Source of the DNA: Thermoanaerobaculia bacterium
GTDB lineage: Bacteria > Acidobacteriota > Thermoanaerobaculia > Gp7-AA8
Length of the DNA: 64,000 bases
Direction of reading: 5' to 3'
NCBI GenBank assembly: GCA_038244815.1
Contig: JBBRTB010000011.1
Location: forward strand, 37,050-101,049
Positions 62,876 through 64,000 of this stretch are shown here, piece after piece. The position numbers were made by a program, and so were the translations under genes. The notes beneath the pieces were generated by a model. That model ran no database searches and was not told the origin of the DNA. It was given only the letters and a program-made list of their open reading frames with translations. Within the stretch, counting starts at the first letter, position 1; every line of letters starts with the position of its first letter.

Positions 62876-64000
62876 ATGGCAACGAAAAAGTCCCGCGGCG
62901 ACCAGAAATCACTGATCCCACCGCCTCCCCACGTTCCGGAAGTCGAGCAGCAGGCGGTCTCGATCTTCACCCGCAAGGCCTACCTCGACTACTCGATGTA
63001 CGTCATCCTCGACCGCGCGCTGCCGCACGTGGCCGACGGTCTCAAGCCGGTGCAGCGGCGCATCGTCTACGCGATGTCGGAGCTCGGGCTCTCGAACAAC
63101 GCCAAATTCAAGAAGTCCGCGCGCACCGTCGGCGACGTCATCGGCAAGTTCCACCCGCACGGCGACAGCGCCTGCTACGAGGCCATGGTGCTGATGGCGC
63201 AGCCGTTCTCGATGCGCTATCCGCTCGTCGACGGGCAAGGCAACTGGGGTTCGCCCGACGATCCGAAATCGTTCGCGGCCATGCGGTACACCGAGTCGCG
63301 GCTGACGAGGTTCGCCACCACGCTGCTTTCCGAGCTCGAGCAGGGCACCACCGACTGGGGTCAGAACTTCGACGGCACGATGCGAGAGCCAAAACTCCTG
63401 CCGTCGCGCCTTCCGCATGTGCTGCTCAACGGCGCCTCGGGCATCGCCGTGGGGATGGCCACCGACATCCCGCCGCACAACGTGCGCGAGATCGTGGCCG
63501 CGTGCATCGATCTGCTCGACGATCCCGACCTCACCATCGCGCAGGTCACGAAACACGTGAAGGGTCCCGATTTTCCGACCGAAGGGGAGATCATCACGCC
63601 GCTCTCAGAGATCCGGGAGATGTACAAGACCGGCAACGGCTCGGTGCGCCAGCGTGCGCGCTGGGAGCAGGAAGGCGGCGACCTCGTCATCACCGCGCTG
63701 CCGTTCCAGGTCTCGGGCAGCAAGGTGCTGCAGCAGATCGCGCAGCAGATGCAGGCGAAGAAGCTGCCGATGGTCGAGGACATTCGCGACGAATCGGATC
63801 ACGAGAATCCGACACGCATCGTTCTGGTCCCGCGCTCCAATCGCGTCGATGCCGAGGAGTTGATAACGCATCTCTTCGCCACCACCGATCTGGAGCGCAG
63901 CTATCGCGTGAACATGAACATGATCGGCCTCGACGGCCGGCCTCGTCTGTTCACCCTGAAGGAGCTGCTGCTGGAGTGGCTCGATTTCCGGATCGAGACC
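62876..64000 (+). CDS. parC: DNA topoisomerase IV subunit A (runs off the window)
   Basis: Manual translation: [56 protein letters not shown]; not in the ORF track. Confidence 0.93.
   Translation, partial: MATKKSRGDQKSLIPPPPHVPEVEQQAVSIFTRKAYLDYSMYVILDRALPHVADGLKPVQRRIVYAMSELGLSNNAKFKKSARTVGDVIGKFHPHGDSACYEAMVLMAQPFSMRYPLVDGQGNWGSPDDPKSFAAMRYTESRLTRFATTLLSELEQGTTDWGQNFDGTMREPKLLPSRLPHVLLNGASGIAVGMATDIPPHNVREIVAACIDLLDDPDLTIAQVTKHVKGPDFPTEGEIITPLSEIREMYKTGNGSVRQRARWEQEGGDLVITALPFQVSGSKVLQQIAQQMQAKKLPMVEDIRDESDHENPTRIVLVPRSNRVDAEELITHLFATTDLERSYRVNMNMIGLDGRPRLFTLKELLLEWLDFRIET

Noticed and set aside
62876-62945. Suspected frameshift at the parC start
   Set aside because: A codon-by-codon check shows ATG 62876 is in frame; it is missing from the track only because the gene has no stop in the window

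Overview
GC-rich, gene-dense bacterial chromosome segment. The gene repertoire (Oar-like TonB receptor, three acidobacterial-type VWA proteins, a large DUF11 surface protein) suggests Acidobacteriota, possibly Thermoanaerobaculia; this is inference. Housekeeping genes include ispH, a polyprenyl synthase, tRNA-Phe(GAA), rnc, an envC-ctpA-yibQ-like cluster, efp, glgX, rsmE, acpH, parE and parC (partial). The most notable observations are: (1) a chemoreceptor fused at its cytoplasmic C-terminus to a family-5 solute-binding domain; (2) after tRNA-Phe, a c-di-AMP (ydaO-type) riboswitch with promoter and terminator, followed only by a 5'-truncated gene and then a TonB receptor / TPR / Thr-type sulfatase-TPR / VWA-VWA cluster; (3) a RAYT transposase with GTAG/GTGG REPs, including a perfect 103-bp duplication whose 31-bp spacer resembles the neighbouring gene; (4) a dispersed family of 7-8 bp tandem-repeat hairpins, some inside reading frames; (5) an EF-P with PGN instead of PGK at the tip and an STT3-like transferase. 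All calls come from reading motifs by eye; no database searches were run, and start codons were adjusted manually.
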